From positions 1 through 41,811 of the IMG/VR virus record IMGVR_UViG_3300037882_001702: a DNA stretch of 41,811 nucleotides; one strand, 5' to 3'. Numbering within the stretch: position 1 is the stretch's first letter; every line of letters starts with the position of its first letter. The position numbers and the translations under genes are program-made. The DNA is from a virus. Its lineage: Duplodnaviria; Caudoviricetes. The notes below the pieces were generated by a model. That model was not told the DNA's origin and did no database searches. It was given only the letters and a program-made list of their open reading frames with translations. Below, in pieces: positions 16,669-26,781 of the stretch.

Positions 16669-17727
16669 ATGAGCAAAACTACCACACAATCTATCGCGCT
16701 ATCTGCCCAGCTGATCGAGCTTGGCGGTGCTGTGCCAACAGAAATAAAGCTTCTCCCTGCTGGCAAATTTAAAGCTAAAGATGGGCGTCCGCAAGGGTTG
16801 TCAAACTGGGTGATGACAGATGCTAGTGCCACGGCAATTTTAGCCGCTGGCACACAGCAACAAGATAAATATCTGATAGATTACGATCACCAAACTCTGC
16901 ACAGCAAGTCGAATGGGCAACAAGCCCCAGCTGCTGGATGGTTCAGCGCTTTGCAATGGCGGGCTAAAGATGGCCTTTACGCAACCGATGTAAAATGGAC
17001 AGCTGCCGCCACAAAAGCAATAACAGAAAAAGAATATCGTTATATATCCCCCGTTTTAACTTTTAACCAAAAAACCGGTGAAGTCACCGGCTTACTAATG
17101 GCCGCATTGGTCAACTATCCAGCGCTTGACGGTTTGAATGACCTTGCCGCCGCGCACTTTAACCTTTATCAAAGCGAGAAACCGATGAATAAAGAACAAC
17201 TCGAAGCGTTATGCTTGCAAGAGGGCGCGGATGACGCGGCTATTTTGTCGGCCATCACTGCCTTAAGAGAATCAGCTTTACAAGTGACAGCGCTATCCGC
17301 GCAAGTGGCCGCATTGCAGACACCAGACCCATCAAAGTTTGTGCCGCTGTCAGATATGGCTGCTTTGCAATCAGAATTAGCCGCTTTATCAGCGATAGTG
17401 CAAGCAGACACAATCAACAAACTGATTGAACCTGCTTTAGCCGACGGGCGTTTATTGCCAACGCAAAAAACGTGGGCTGAATCATTGGGCAAGTCTGATA
17501 TGACGGCTTTATCGACTTACCTCGAAACCGCCCAACCGATTGCAGCATTGAAAAACACGCAAACAGGCGGGCAAGCACCTGACCAACGCAACAAGCATCA
17601 ATTTAAGGCGGCTCAAGGTTACACCGTCGATGAAGAACAGGCCACTTTGCACGCTCAAATTGAAGCGCACGCAAAAGAAAAAAACATCCCTTATCAAGCC
17701 GCAGCTTTAGCGATAGGAGCTAACTAA
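16669..17727 (+). CDS. Prohead protease/scaffold, Mu gpI-like
   Basis: IDYDHQT...APAAGW...EYRYISPV...AALVNYPAL. Confidence 0.92.
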   Translation: MSKTTTQSIALSAQLIELGGAVPTEIKLLPAGKFKAKDGRPQGLSNWVMTDASATAILAAGTQQQDKYLIDYDHQTLHSKSNGQQAPAAGWFSALQWRAKDGLYATDVKWTAAATKAITEKEYRYISPVLTFNQKTGEVTGLLMAALVNYPALDGLNDLAAAHFNLYQSEKPMNKEQLEALCLQEGADDAAILSAITALRESALQVTALSAQVAALQTPDPSKFVPLSDMAALQSELAALSAIVQADTINKLIEPALADGRLLPTQKTWAESLGKSDMTALSTYLETAQPIAALKNTQTGGQAPDQRNKHQFKAAQGYTVDEEQATLHAQIEAHAKEKNIPYQAAALAIGAN

Positions 17728-18074
17728 TGAGTAAGCAAGCATTCCCAATTTTAACGCTAACTATTGCCGCTTCGGCAACTTTAACAGCGGATCGTTTTGT
17801 CACTTTTGCCGGTGCTGTCCCATCCGCTGATGCTTTTGTGCTAGGCGTGGTCAGACAGGCCGCTGTATCGGGGGACAAAGTTCCAGTCGATGTTCAGGGC
17901 ACAACTATTGTTGAAGCTGGCGCGGCAATTACCGCAGGCGCAACGCTGAAAGTGACAAACACCGGCAAAGTCATTACCTGGGCAACTTCAGGCGCGCGCG
18001 TAGGTATAGCATTACAAGCAGCCGCCGCAGATGGCGATTTTATCGAAGTTCTTTTAACTCCTATCGCAGCATAA
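17727..18074 (+). CDS. Capsid decoration/cement protein
   Basis: VEAGAAITAG...GIALQAAAADGDFIEVLL; between protease and capsid gene. Confidence 0.75.
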   Translation: MSKQAFPILTLTIAASATLTADRFVTFAGAVPSADAFVLGVVRQAAVSGDKVPVDVQGTTIVEAGAAITAGATLKVTNTGKVITWATSGARVGIALQAAAADGDFIEVLLTPIAA

Positions 18075-18086
18075 GGATCAACAACA

Positions 18087-19031
18087 ATGGCACAATTATC
18101 AGCATCAGCCGCGCGAGTTATAGACCCGATTCTATCAACAGTCGCACAAGGCTACAAAAACAACGAGCTTGTTGGCAACGCAATTTTCCCGACAGTTTCA
18201 GTTGGGCAGCGCGCTGGCAAGATCATTCAGTTCGGCAAAGAAGCGTTCATGGCTTACGACACCGCGCGCGCTCCAGGGTCAGCGGTTAAACGCATAAACG
18301 TTGGTTACTCTAATCAGTCTTATGGGATCGTCGATCACGCATTGAGCGCTGTCGTACCTATTGAGTTACAAGAAGAGGCACAAGCCGTACCAGGCATTAA
18401 TCTGGCTTCAGCATCAGTCCGCACAGTGCAAGATGCTTTAAGACTTCGCCTCGAAGTTGAGCAGGCTGGAATTGCGACTACTGCCGCAAGTTACGCCGCA
18501 TCAAACAAAACCACTTTGTCAGGCACTAGCCAATGGTCAGATTTTACCAACGGCGTGAGCGATCCTATTGCAAACATCGAAACCGCTAAAGATGCCATTC
18601 GTTCCGATATCGGTCGGCGTCCGAACACAATCATCATGGGGCCTACTGTATATAAAAGTTTGAGACAGCACCCTAAAATTATTGACCGGATAAAATATAC
18701 GGGACGTGACGTCCCAACGGTTGAGTTATTGGCCTCGCTTTTTGGTGTTGATACTGTGCTTGTCGGTGATGCGGTTAGCTCTACCGATGCGGGCGTGTTT
18801 TCTGATGTTTGGGGCAAGTTTGTCGTTGTCGCTTACACCGAAAAGTCAGGCATGGCAGATATGGGCCGTCCGACTTATGGTTACACCTATCAATTGGCAG
18901 GTTATCCGTTTGTTGAAAGACCTCGCTACGATGCCGATACTCGCACTTGGCTGTATGACGTTTCAGATGCCGTTAGGCCAGTTATTGCAGCGGTTGACGC
19001 GGGCTATTTGATAAGCGCCGCTGTTGCTTAA
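18087..19031 (+). CDS. Major capsid protein
   Basis: IDPILSTVAQGY...WSD....DPI..IE......IGRRPNTIIMG; size and position. Confidence 0.88.
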   Translation: MAQLSASAARVIDPILSTVAQGYKNNELVGNAIFPTVSVGQRAGKIIQFGKEAFMAYDTARAPGSAVKRINVGYSNQSYGIVDHALSAVVPIELQEEAQAVPGINLASASVRTVQDALRLRLEVEQAGIATTAASYAASNKTTLSGTSQWSDFTNGVSDPIANIETAKDAIRSDIGRRPNTIIMGPTVYKSLRQHPKIIDRIKYTGRDVPTVELLASLFGVDTVLVGDAVSSTDAGVFSDVWGKFVVVAYTEKSGMADMGRPTYGYTYQLAGYPFVERPRYDADTRTWLYDVSDAVRPVIAAVDAGYLISAAVA

Positions 19032-19033
19032 TA

Positions 19034-19444
19034 ATGGCTTATTGCACTAAGCAAAATATGATCGACCGCTTTGGTGAGTTGGAGTTAATCCAACTCACTG
19101 ATAGGGCTAATCCAGGCGTTATAGACGACACGGTTATAACCCAGGCGATCAGCGATGCCGGTGCTGAAATCGATGGCTACTTGAATCGGTATTCTTTGCC
19201 ACTTGCTAATGTGCCATCAAATTTAGTGCGTATGGCGTGTGATATTTCCCGTTTTTATCTTTACGACGATGCAATGACCGATTCAGTGCAAACCAGGTAC
19301 GACAGCTGTATCAAATACTTGATCGCGGTAGCGAAAGGATTGATTACATTGCCGCCCGACATTAACGGCGTAGTAATCGAAGAAGCAACAGGATCGGCTG
19401 TATTTAGCAGTTATGCTCCAGTCATGGGGATCGATAATTACTAA
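19034..19444 (+). CDS. Head-tail adaptor, Mu gp36/DUF1320-like
   Basis: MAYCT..MIDRFGELELIQLTD...AEIDGYL..Y.LPL...CDISRF.L. Confidence 0.88.
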   Translation: MAYCTKQNMIDRFGELELIQLTDRANPGVIDDTVITQAISDAGAEIDGYLNRYSLPLANVPSNLVRMACDISRFYLYDDAMTDSVQTRYDSCIKYLIAVAKGLITLPPDINGVVIEEATGSAVFSSYAPVMGIDNY

Positions 19445-19866
19445 TGATTAATCTAAGGCCGCTAATCGAACAGCGGATAAAAGATGAAGTCATCGCTTTT
19501 AGCGAAGTAGCTGGCGCGGCTAATCTTGAGAATATTATTGCCGGGCGAATTTCAAGTCCAGGCTGCTACATTTTCAAAGAACGCTCGCAGCCGCAAGGCG
19601 GCGATCTTATCGGTGCAACTATGCAGCGCGTAGTGCTTCGATATGCGGTCATTATTATCGTTAAAAATGTTCGAGATGCCAGAGGAGCGGACGCGGCAGA
19701 CGAAAGCGATTCATTGCAAGAGTCAGTCAGAACGGCATTGCTGGGCTGGCAACCATGCCCGGAAGCCGACCCGATGGAGTATGCAGACGGCGCTTTAGTT
19801 TCATTTGCAAATGGCTTTTTTATTTGGCGCGACAGCTTCCAAACTTATCAATTTATCCGCTCATAG
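19444..19866 (+). CDS. Tail terminator/neck protein, Mu gp37-like
   Basis: VRTALLGWQP motif; position. Confidence 0.75.
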   Translation: MINLRPLIEQRIKDEVIAFSEVAGAANLENIIAGRISSPGCYIFKERSQPQGGDLIGATMQRVVLRYAVIIIVKNVRDARGADAADESDSLQESVRTALLGWQPCPEADPMEYADGALVSFANGFFIWRDSFQTYQFIRS

Positions 19867-19878
19867 GAGCAAATCACT

Positions 19879-20019
19879 ATGCAAGATCAATACACAGGGT
19901 TAGCGGGAACTTACATAGTTGACCCCGAAACCGGAACAAGAAAACCGAGTGAAGAATTAGAAGCACCGGCGCAAGAGGTCGATGTAACGTCATTTTCCCA
20001 AACAATAGACGAGGAATAA
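19879..20019 (+). CDS. Small acidic protein, 46 aa; absent from the ORF track
   Basis: AGGAG SD; MQDQYTGLAGTYIVDPETGTRKP... Confidence 0.65.
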   Translation: MQDQYTGLAGTYIVDPETGTRKPSEELEAPAQEVDVTSFSQTIDEE

Positions 20020-20023
20020 CAAA

Positions 20024-21205
20024 ATGGCTTTAGCACAACGCAAACGAGTTATTCTCGTAAAACTTGAATCAACTTATGGCACCGATTCAACACCGGTTGC
20101 AGCCGATGCTGTCTTATGCTCAAACCTCGATCTTACCCCCCTGGACGGATCGAGTGTTGAAAGAGACTTCATCCGCCCTTTTTTCGGTGGATCAGGGTCA
20201 ATCAGGGTTGAGAACTTTTGCTCTTTAACTTTTGAGACTGAAATCGCAGGTTCTGGAGCAGCCGCTACCGCGCCCGAGTGGGGCACCTTGCTTAAAGCGT
20301 GTAATTTCAGCGAGACCATCACCGCTGCCGCCATTACCGGCACAGGTCAGGCAACAGGCAACACAACAACAGCGATGAAACTCGCGGCTGCTGCATCAGC
20401 AGTCACCGATTTTTATGTTGGCATGACAGTAACGCTTACGGGCGGCACTGGATCAGGGCAATCAGGCGAGATTATCGCATATGACGGTACTACAAAAATT
20501 CTGACACTAGCCAAGCCTTGGGCAGTCCCCACCGATGGGACCAGCTTGTATAGCATCGGCGCAAATGTGATGTACACGCCAAACTCAAACTTTGGCACCG
20601 CTGTTGCAAACACTTCCGCATCCATATATTTTAATATAGATGGCGTGAGACATATTTTGCTTGGCGCTCGTGGCTCGGTAAGCTTTGACTTATCAGTTAA
20701 GCAAATTCCAAAAATGAAATGGAAATTCACCGGGCTGCTGGGAACAATCAGTGACCAAACTCTCCCGTCTGCTGACTTTACCGGCTGGCAAACTCCAGTC
20801 ACAGTGTCAACGCTGAATACAACTGATATTAACCTGCTTGGCTATAACGGAGGCGTGGTACAAACGCTTAACTTCGACATTGCCAACAACATTATTTACC
20901 GGCAGCTAATCGGTACAGAATCCGTATTGATTACAGATCGTAAACCAGCGGGCAGCATTAGTCTTGAAGCAGTTACCGTTGCATCAAAAGATTGGTGGAC
21001 TATCGCTAAAAACGCGACTACCGGGCCTTTCTGTGTTAAGCATGGGCAAACGGCAGGTAACATCGTCGGGTTTACATCACCAAAAGCGCAGCTTGCCGAC
21101 CCGAAATATTCAGATTCGGACGGCGTGGCGATGATGGATTTCAGCTTGATGTTCATCCCGTTGGGCGCAGCTGGTAACGACGAACTAAGAATTTGCAGCA
21201 AATAA
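20024..21205 (+). CDS. Major tail tube protein with an inserted domain
   Basis: RVILVKLESTYGTD...EIAGSG...GARGSV...HGQTAGNIV...GNDEL. Confidence 0.8.
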   Translation: MALAQRKRVILVKLESTYGTDSTPVAADAVLCSNLDLTPLDGSSVERDFIRPFFGGSGSIRVENFCSLTFETEIAGSGAAATAPEWGTLLKACNFSETITAAAITGTGQATGNTTTAMKLAAAASAVTDFYVGMTVTLTGGTGSGQSGEIIAYDGTTKILTLAKPWAVPTDGTSLYSIGANVMYTPNSNFGTAVANTSASIYFNIDGVRHILLGARGSVSFDLSVKQIPKMKWKFTGLLGTISDQTLPSADFTGWQTPVTVSTLNTTDINLLGYNGGVVQTLNFDIANNIIYRQLIGTESVLITDRKPAGSISLEAVTVASKDWWTIAKNATTGPFCVKHGQTAGNIVGFTSPKAQLADPKYSDSDGVAMMDFSLMFIPLGAAGNDELRICSK

Positions 21206-21214
21206 TTGATTGGT

Positions 21215-21241
21215 TGGGTAGGGTAACACCTACCCATTTTT
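21215..21241 (+). terminator. Intrinsic terminator after the tail tube gene
   Basis: TGGGTAGG-gtaaca-CCTACCCA-TTTTT. Confidence 0.7.
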
Positions 21242-21261
21242 ATAATTAAAAAGGTAAGAAA

Positions 21262-21609
21262 ATGGCGTTCATAATAAAAAAAGACAAAAGTTACAGCTGG
21301 CCGGTTACTATTTCAGAACCTATTGATGGTGGCGGCTTTAACGATCAAAAGGTCCGTGTCAAATTCAAAATGTTAAGCCAGGCAAGGATTGATGACATCG
21401 TAAAGAACGAGGCCGAAGAAGATGCCGACATTCTTTCAGATGTTTTGATCGGATGGGAAGAAGAAGCATTCAGGGATGAGGCTGGGGTTAATCTGTTGTT
21501 TAATGAAGATAATAAAGACCTTATCTTATCTATCCCATTTGTCAGAAGCGCATTAATTAAAGGCTTTTTTGAGTCCATCTCAGGCAAAGCAGTTAAAAGA
21601 AAAAACTAA
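21262..21609 (+). CDS. Tail assembly chaperone (G-like)
   Basis: YSWPVTI..P.DGG...VLIGW; ends at a slippery site. Confidence 0.8.
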   Translation: MAFIIKKDKSYSWPVTISEPIDGGGFNDQKVRVKFKMLSQARIDDIVKNEAEEDADILSDVLIGWEEEAFRDEAGVNLLFNEDNKDLILSIPFVRSALIKGFFESISGKAVKRKN

Positions 21610-21962
21610 TAGAAGCGGCTGAATATTACGTTAATCAGCCGGACGATGGTGACACAACACAGTTAGATGAAGATGCTAGTTTATTGGGCATATCACTACT
21701 CCAAAACGAAGAAAAAGAAGCCGCGCACTTTGAAATTTTAAAAGAAAACGCGCAGGTTCTCGAGGCTTTTTTCATCCTTGACGGCTGTGCCTGGCAATAC
21801 GCAGGGATGGGCGATCTTGTCGGATTGGATTACCCGGCGGCTAAGATAATTTGGGATTATGCCGGTATTCAGTTCGACAGTGAAACTTTCAAAGGGATTA
21901 TGCTTTTTTCTCGCACTGTAGTCGAAGAACTAAATAAAAAAAGGAGCAAAAAGAATGGCTGA
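21600..21962 (+). CDS. Tail assembly chaperone -1 frameshift extension (GT-like)
   Basis: A AAA AAC at 21600-21606; the -1 frame is open into the 21684-21962 ORF (WQYAGMG..VGLDY). Confidence 0.8.
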   Translation, partial: KKLIEAAEYYVNQPDDGDTTQLDEDASLLGISLLQNEEKEAAHFEILKENAQVLEAFFILDGCAWQYAGMGDLVGLDYPAAKIIWDYAGIQFDSETFKGIMLFSRTVVEELNKKRSKKNG

Positions 21963-24900
21963 TAATATCGTTGTAGGTGTCACCATTCGCGCGCAGGGAA
22001 GCGGGCAGGTCACATCAGAAATGAACCGTGTGCGTGATGGGGTTGCCGGTGCTGGCAATGCGGCACAAACAAGCAACCGGCAGTTTGCAGAGCTTAATTC
22101 GACGCTTAACGGCTTAAAAAACATGTTGGGCGGGATAGCTTTAGCGGCTGTCGTTAAAGATATTGTCGATACAAATAGAGAAATGGAGAGCCTAAGAGCT
22201 AGGTTAAAGGCGCTAGTAGGATCAGCAGCAGAAGCAAAATACACTTTTGACTTTATCACCAAATTTGCCAAAAACACCCCGTTTGAAATAGAGGGGCTAA
22301 CAAAATCATTTGTTACCTTGCAAAACTTCGGTATAAAGCCGACCGCACAAGTTATGGGAGCCATTACCAACCAGGCCGCAAAGCTTGGCAGCTCTACTGA
22401 AACGCTCACAGGCATAACATTGGCACTTGGGCAGGCTTATTCAAAAGGCAAGCTCCAAGCTGAGGAAATGAATCAGCTTACCGAGCGCGGTGTCCCAATA
22501 ATGCAATTGCTCACGGAAGTAACTGGAAAACAAGGGGACGCACTTGCGGAAATGGCCAAAGATGGCGATATAACCAGGGAAGTTATAGACAAGCTCATTA
22601 TAAAAATGGGCGAGCTTGCCAGCGGCTCCAATGCGGAAGCTATGGACACCCTTAACGGTAAAATAAGCAACTTATCGGACGCATGGCACACGTTTGAAGA
22701 CACACTCATGAACGACAAAAGCGAGGGTATCTTAAAAGACATTGTAGACTCAATGTCTGGCTTGCTTAACACGCTATCACGTAACATAAGCGAGTCTATT
22801 GACAATCAAATTTCCCATGCCGAAGCGAGAATAAAAACGTTTGATAGCATGGGTTTTATCAGTAAGGGCTTAGCTGATTTTGCCGGGTATGACATTAATG
22901 TCGAAAAAAACAGGCTTGATGCTCTGACAAGAAAAAAACAAAAAGCCGATGATGCTCATGCAGAAATAGAATTAAACAAAGATAGGGCAGCAGCTATAGC
23001 ACAAACTAACCAATGGCTGGATGATTTAGAATCAAAGCAAGTCGCAAAAAAAGAAGCAAGACACGCAGGGGGGACCCGTGCACATACAGCTCACACATCA
23101 ACCAGGATTAGCAACGCGCAACGTGAAGCAGAAGCAACGGCAAAAGCCACACAACAAACAATTGCTTCATTAAACGACCAACACGCAAAACTCGTTATGT
23201 CAGAGCGCGATTACTTTGCCCAGTCCGAGGCTATAGCTAAAATGGACGCTCCGCAAAAAGCTTACGCCATGTCTATCTGGGACTCAAACAAAGCAATCGA
23301 AGAAAAGACAAAAGCCGATCAAGCGCAAAAATCAGAAATGGCCGCTCTTATCGAAAAGTATAATCAGTTGACTTTATCAGCTCGAGAATATTACGCGCTA
23401 ACACTCAAAAACAAGGGCATTGCTCCAGATCAACAAGCGCCGTATTTAAAGCAGTTTGATAAAAATGCTGATGTCGAAGCACAAACGAAAAGTATAGATG
23501 CCGCCCGCGCAGCTGTAGCAGATTATAACAACGCAATTGACACAACAAGCGATAAAATGTCAGGCTTGGCAGCTACCACAAGCAGCGTTTTTGATGGTGC
23601 TTTGGGCGGTGTTAGCACATTAATCGGGGCGTTAAATTCAATGGTTGAAGTGACTCAAAAAAATGCCAAAGCATTTGAATCACTAGCTAAACAAAAAAAG
23701 ATTTTAGAAGAATCAAAGCCAGACCCAGCAAGCAAAACCTATTTAAATGATTTAAAAGAGTACGATCAAGCGCGTAAAAAGAGCGAGATAGAATATGCCG
23801 ATTTAAAAGCGCAAAGCCTCAATAATTCGCTTGACGGGGTGCGACAAATTGCCGGTGCTACAGCATCGATGTACGGAGAAAGCAAAGACGCGGCACTGGC
23901 TTATAATGTCATTGCATTAACAACTCTGGCAGTTCAGGCCGCTATTGCTATAGCGTCACAAGGGAAGGGCGACCCCTACACAGCGTTTGCGCGGATAGCT
24001 GCGATGGCCGCTATTATGGCGAGTATTGTCGCTTCGGTTGGGGGCAAAAGCGCCGCTGTGCCTCCGTCGGGTTCTGTTGATACAGGGACAGTGCTTGGCG
24101 ATAAAACCGCAAAATCAGAATCAATCGGCAATGTTTACCAGTTGCTAAAAGACATCCATGCTGAAGAATATGCCGAATTGCGCGGCATTAATGCGGGTGT
24201 GTCAGCTTTACAAGGCGGTGTTACTAATGTAATAACCCGTTTATATCAAGCTGGGGGCATTACAGATCAGGTTGGTTTGCTACAACCAACAAAACAGCTT
24301 GGCTTGCCTAAAGTTAATCCGAATGGCACAGCTTCTCGCACATTGAGTATGCTAACAGGCTTGCCAGGCTTGGGCGAATCGCTGGCTTTGATCGGCAATT
24401 TGTTGCAAAAATACGACCCGGTACAAAAGTTATTAACAAAACTATTTTTTGGCACAATCAAAGAAAAGGTAGTCGGAGGGGGGATTGCAACTGACCCACT
24501 TCGTGCCGGGGAAGACGTCACCGGGAGTCAATACACCACAATCGAACGCACAAGAAAAAGTTGGATTAGTAAAAAAGTAACGTTTCGTGAAGCTTTAACA
24601 GAACTTGATCAGGGCACTAAGGAAGCGTTAACAAGCGTATTCACATCGATGGGGGATACCATGACCGCGACCGCAGCAGTGCTTGGCAAGCAGATCGGCA
24701 TAGACATCGGAGGTCGGGTAACTGATTACATCATCCCCTCTTTGCGTGTCGAGTTACGTGGGCTTAGCGGTGAAGAAGCCGCCAAGAAAATGAACGGGGT
24801 TCTCTCGGCAACACTGGACACGATGGCCGCGTCTGTTTTTGGTGACATCGTAGGGCAATATCAACAGCTTGGCGAAGGCATGTTAGAGACTGCTATCCGT

Positions 24901-26781
24901 ATTGTTTCAGAGGTTGCAGTGGTAAAAGACGCCTTGGCGCAATCCGGCCTTGTTATGACCGAAAATGCACTTGCTCTTAGTGATGCTCTAGTACAAGCCG
25001 CTGGAGGCCTTGAAGAATTTCAAGCGCAATTCGAGGCATATTATGACAAGTTTTACTCTGATGCTGAAAAAAATACACGGCTGCAAGACCGATTAATCAG
25101 TCAATTTGGCGATCTTAATTTACTATTGCCAAAAACGCGAGAAGGCTATAGAAGCTTGCTTGAAGGGCTTAATTTAAACAACGCCGCCGATGCCGAACGG
25201 TACTCATTGTTATTAAAGCTGGCTGGAGCGGCTGATACCTATTACACAGCGATAACAGACGCGACTGAAGCCACTCAGGAAGCGGCTAAAGCACAACAAG
25301 AATACTACGACAGCATGGGCAAGAACGCCAATGACGCCGTTGTTAAAGCACGCGAAGATTTAAAGGCGGCATATAAAGCACAAACTGGAGAAATTTCCGG
25401 GGTTATCGCTAAAATGACAGACTTTATCGCCAAGATGAAAGCATTTAAAGAGTCATTGACTTTGAGTAATTTATCAACAGGCACCCCGCTTGATAAATAC
25501 AACGAGTCAAGAAAACAGCTTTATGCCTCATATGACACAATTAAAGGCGGCGCGGGCACGACTAAAGAAAGCCAGGCGGCTTATGAAGCGGCGTTAAGTA
25601 GCATTCAAGATAAGGCAAAAACCTTTCTGGACGCATCACGCACCTATAATGCCAGCGGATCGCAATATACCGATGACTTTAATATGGTATTGAGCGGGAT
25701 TGATAGCGTTTCCGGGTTGGTCGGAGAGCAACAAACAGACGCACAAAAGCAGTTGGACGCGATGAACGCTGCCAATGACATTTTGAACACAATTAACGGG
25801 TCTGTTTTATCAGTCAAAGACGCGACAGACAATCTTTATAATGCGATCAACGCCCAGGCTAAAATGAGCAAAGCCATCGGAGATTCAAAAGCGGCTGAAA
25901 ATGATTTAGCAAGCAAACAGGCAAACTATGATAATGCCGCAACCGCGCAAAAATCCGCGCAAGTCGCTTATGATAACGCGGTCGCAAAATACAACAACGA
26001 AACGGCGGCTATTGCAAAATGGAAGCTTGACGCTAACCGGGCAGTGGCTGAAAATAAAGCTTACTTCCAACGCGCCTCCGATGTCGGCGATCAAGCGACG
26101 ATGGATAGGTTGACCGAACAATTGCCGATTTTACTCGCTAACGCCCAAGCATCTGGCCGGGCATTTTCATCCAATGCGGCTGTTATTCAGGCAAAAGCGG
26201 AGCTTGATATGCTTAATGGCGAGAAAGCCAATGCCTCCGCTGCGCTTGCCACATCTAAAAATTATTATGACGCAACTATCAATCTGATAAATTATCTTGA
26301 ATCGGTAAGATCGTCCGGTGACTTGAAAAGCGAGATAACACAATACGGTATCGCTGCGTTAGGCAGGCAATTAACCGCATTTGAAATCGATTGGATTAAT
26401 CAGCAAGTAGCAAATAAAGCGAATATTTATGACACTTACGCAACAATCGACACTTACGCATTGACCAACGGCTCACATAAAAACGGCCTTGATTTTGTCC
26501 CATTCGACGGCTATCGTGCAGAGCTGCACAAAGGCGAGCGCGTATTGACCGCAAGTCAGGCCAGGAATGACGGGGCCATAAGTCAAGAAGTTGTTGCAGA
26601 ATTAAAAGCATTACGCGCAGAGGTCGCACAATTGAGAGCAGAACAACATGACCAAACCGGCGCTGTTATTCAAAGCAACTACGACGCCAATGACCGGGCG
26701 GCTGATAAAGTCGTTACAGGCACTAAGGACGCATCAAAAGATGTTGTCTGGGCAACAAAATCTAAAGCGGTAATTGTATGA
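21955..26781 (+). CDS. Tail tape measure protein
   Basis: FAKNTPFEI...GKLQAEEMNQLTERGVP; long helical Ala-rich body; C-terminal GSHKNGLDFVPFDGYRAELHKGE. Confidence 0.93.
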   Translation: MADNIVVGVTIRAQGSGQVTSEMNRVRDGVAGAGNAAQTSNRQFAELNSTLNGLKNMLGGIALAAVVKDIVDTNREMESLRARLKALVGSAAEAKYTFDFITKFAKNTPFEIEGLTKSFVTLQNFGIKPTAQVMGAITNQAAKLGSSTETLTGITLALGQAYSKGKLQAEEMNQLTERGVPIMQLLTEVTGKQGDALAEMAKDGDITREVIDKLIIKMGELASGSNAEAMDTLNGKISNLSDAWHTFEDTLMNDKSEGILKDIVDSMSGLLNTLSRNISESIDNQISHAEARIKTFDSMGFISKGLADFAGYDINVEKNRLDALTRKKQKADDAHAEIELNKDRAAAIAQTNQWLDDLESKQVAKKEARHAGGTRAHTAHTSTRISNAQREAEATAKATQQTIASLNDQHAKLVMSERDYFAQSEAIAKMDAPQKAYAMSIWDSNKAIEEKTKADQAQKSEMAALIEKYNQLTLSAREYYALTLKNKGIAPDQQAPYLKQFDKNADVEAQTKSIDAARAAVADYNNAIDTTSDKMSGLAATTSSVFDGALGGVSTLIGALNSMVEVTQKNAKAFESLAKQKKILEESKPDPASKTYLNDLKEYDQARKKSEIEYADLKAQSLNNSLDGVRQIAGATASMYGESKDAALAYNVIALTTLAVQAAIAIASQGKGDPYTAFARIAAMAAIMASIVASVGGKSAAVPPSGSVDTGTVLGDKTAKSESIGNVYQLLKDIHAEEYAELRGINAGVSALQGGVTNVITRLYQAGGITDQVGLLQPTKQLGLPKVNPNGTASRTLSMLTGLPGLGESLALIGNLLQKYDPVQKLLTKLFFGTIKEKVVGGGIATDPLRAGEDVTGSQYTTIERTRKSWISKKVTFREALTELDQGTKEALTSVFTSMGDTMTATAAVLGKQIGIDIGGRVTDYIIPSLRVELRGLSGEEAAKKMNGVLSATLDTMAASVFGDIVGQYQQLGEGMLETAIRIVSEVAVVKDALAQSGLVMTENALALSDALVQAAGGLEEFQAQFEAYYDKFYSDAEKNTRLQDRLISQFGDLNLLLPKTREGYRSLLEGLNLNNAADAERYSLLLKLAGAADTYYTAITDATEATQEAAKAQQEYYDSMGKNANDAVVKAREDLKAAYKAQTGEISGVIAKMTDFIAKMKAFKESLTLSNLSTGTPLDKYNESRKQLYASYDTIKGGAGTTKESQAAYEAALSSIQDKAKTFLDASRTYNASGSQYTDDFNMVLSGIDSVSGLVGEQQTDAQKQLDAMNAANDILNTINGSVLSVKDATDNLYNAINAQAKMSKAIGDSKAAENDLASKQANYDNAATAQKSAQVAYDNAVAKYNNETAAIAKWKLDANRAVAENKAYFQRASDVGDQATMDRLTEQLPILLANAQASGRAFSSNAAVIQAKAELDMLNGEKANASAALATSKNYYDATINLINYLESVRSSGDLKSEITQYGIAALGRQLTAFEIDWINQQVANKANIYDTYATIDTYALTNGSHKNGLDFVPFDGYRAELHKGERVLTASQARNDGAISQEVVAELKALRAEVAQLRAEQHDQTGAVIQSNYDANDRAADKVVTGTKDASKDVVWATKSKAVIV

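Noticed and set aside
5153-19866. Transposable Mu-like prophage
   Set aside because: No MuA/MuB or Mu ends; it has its own primase/helicase and a PBSX terminase.
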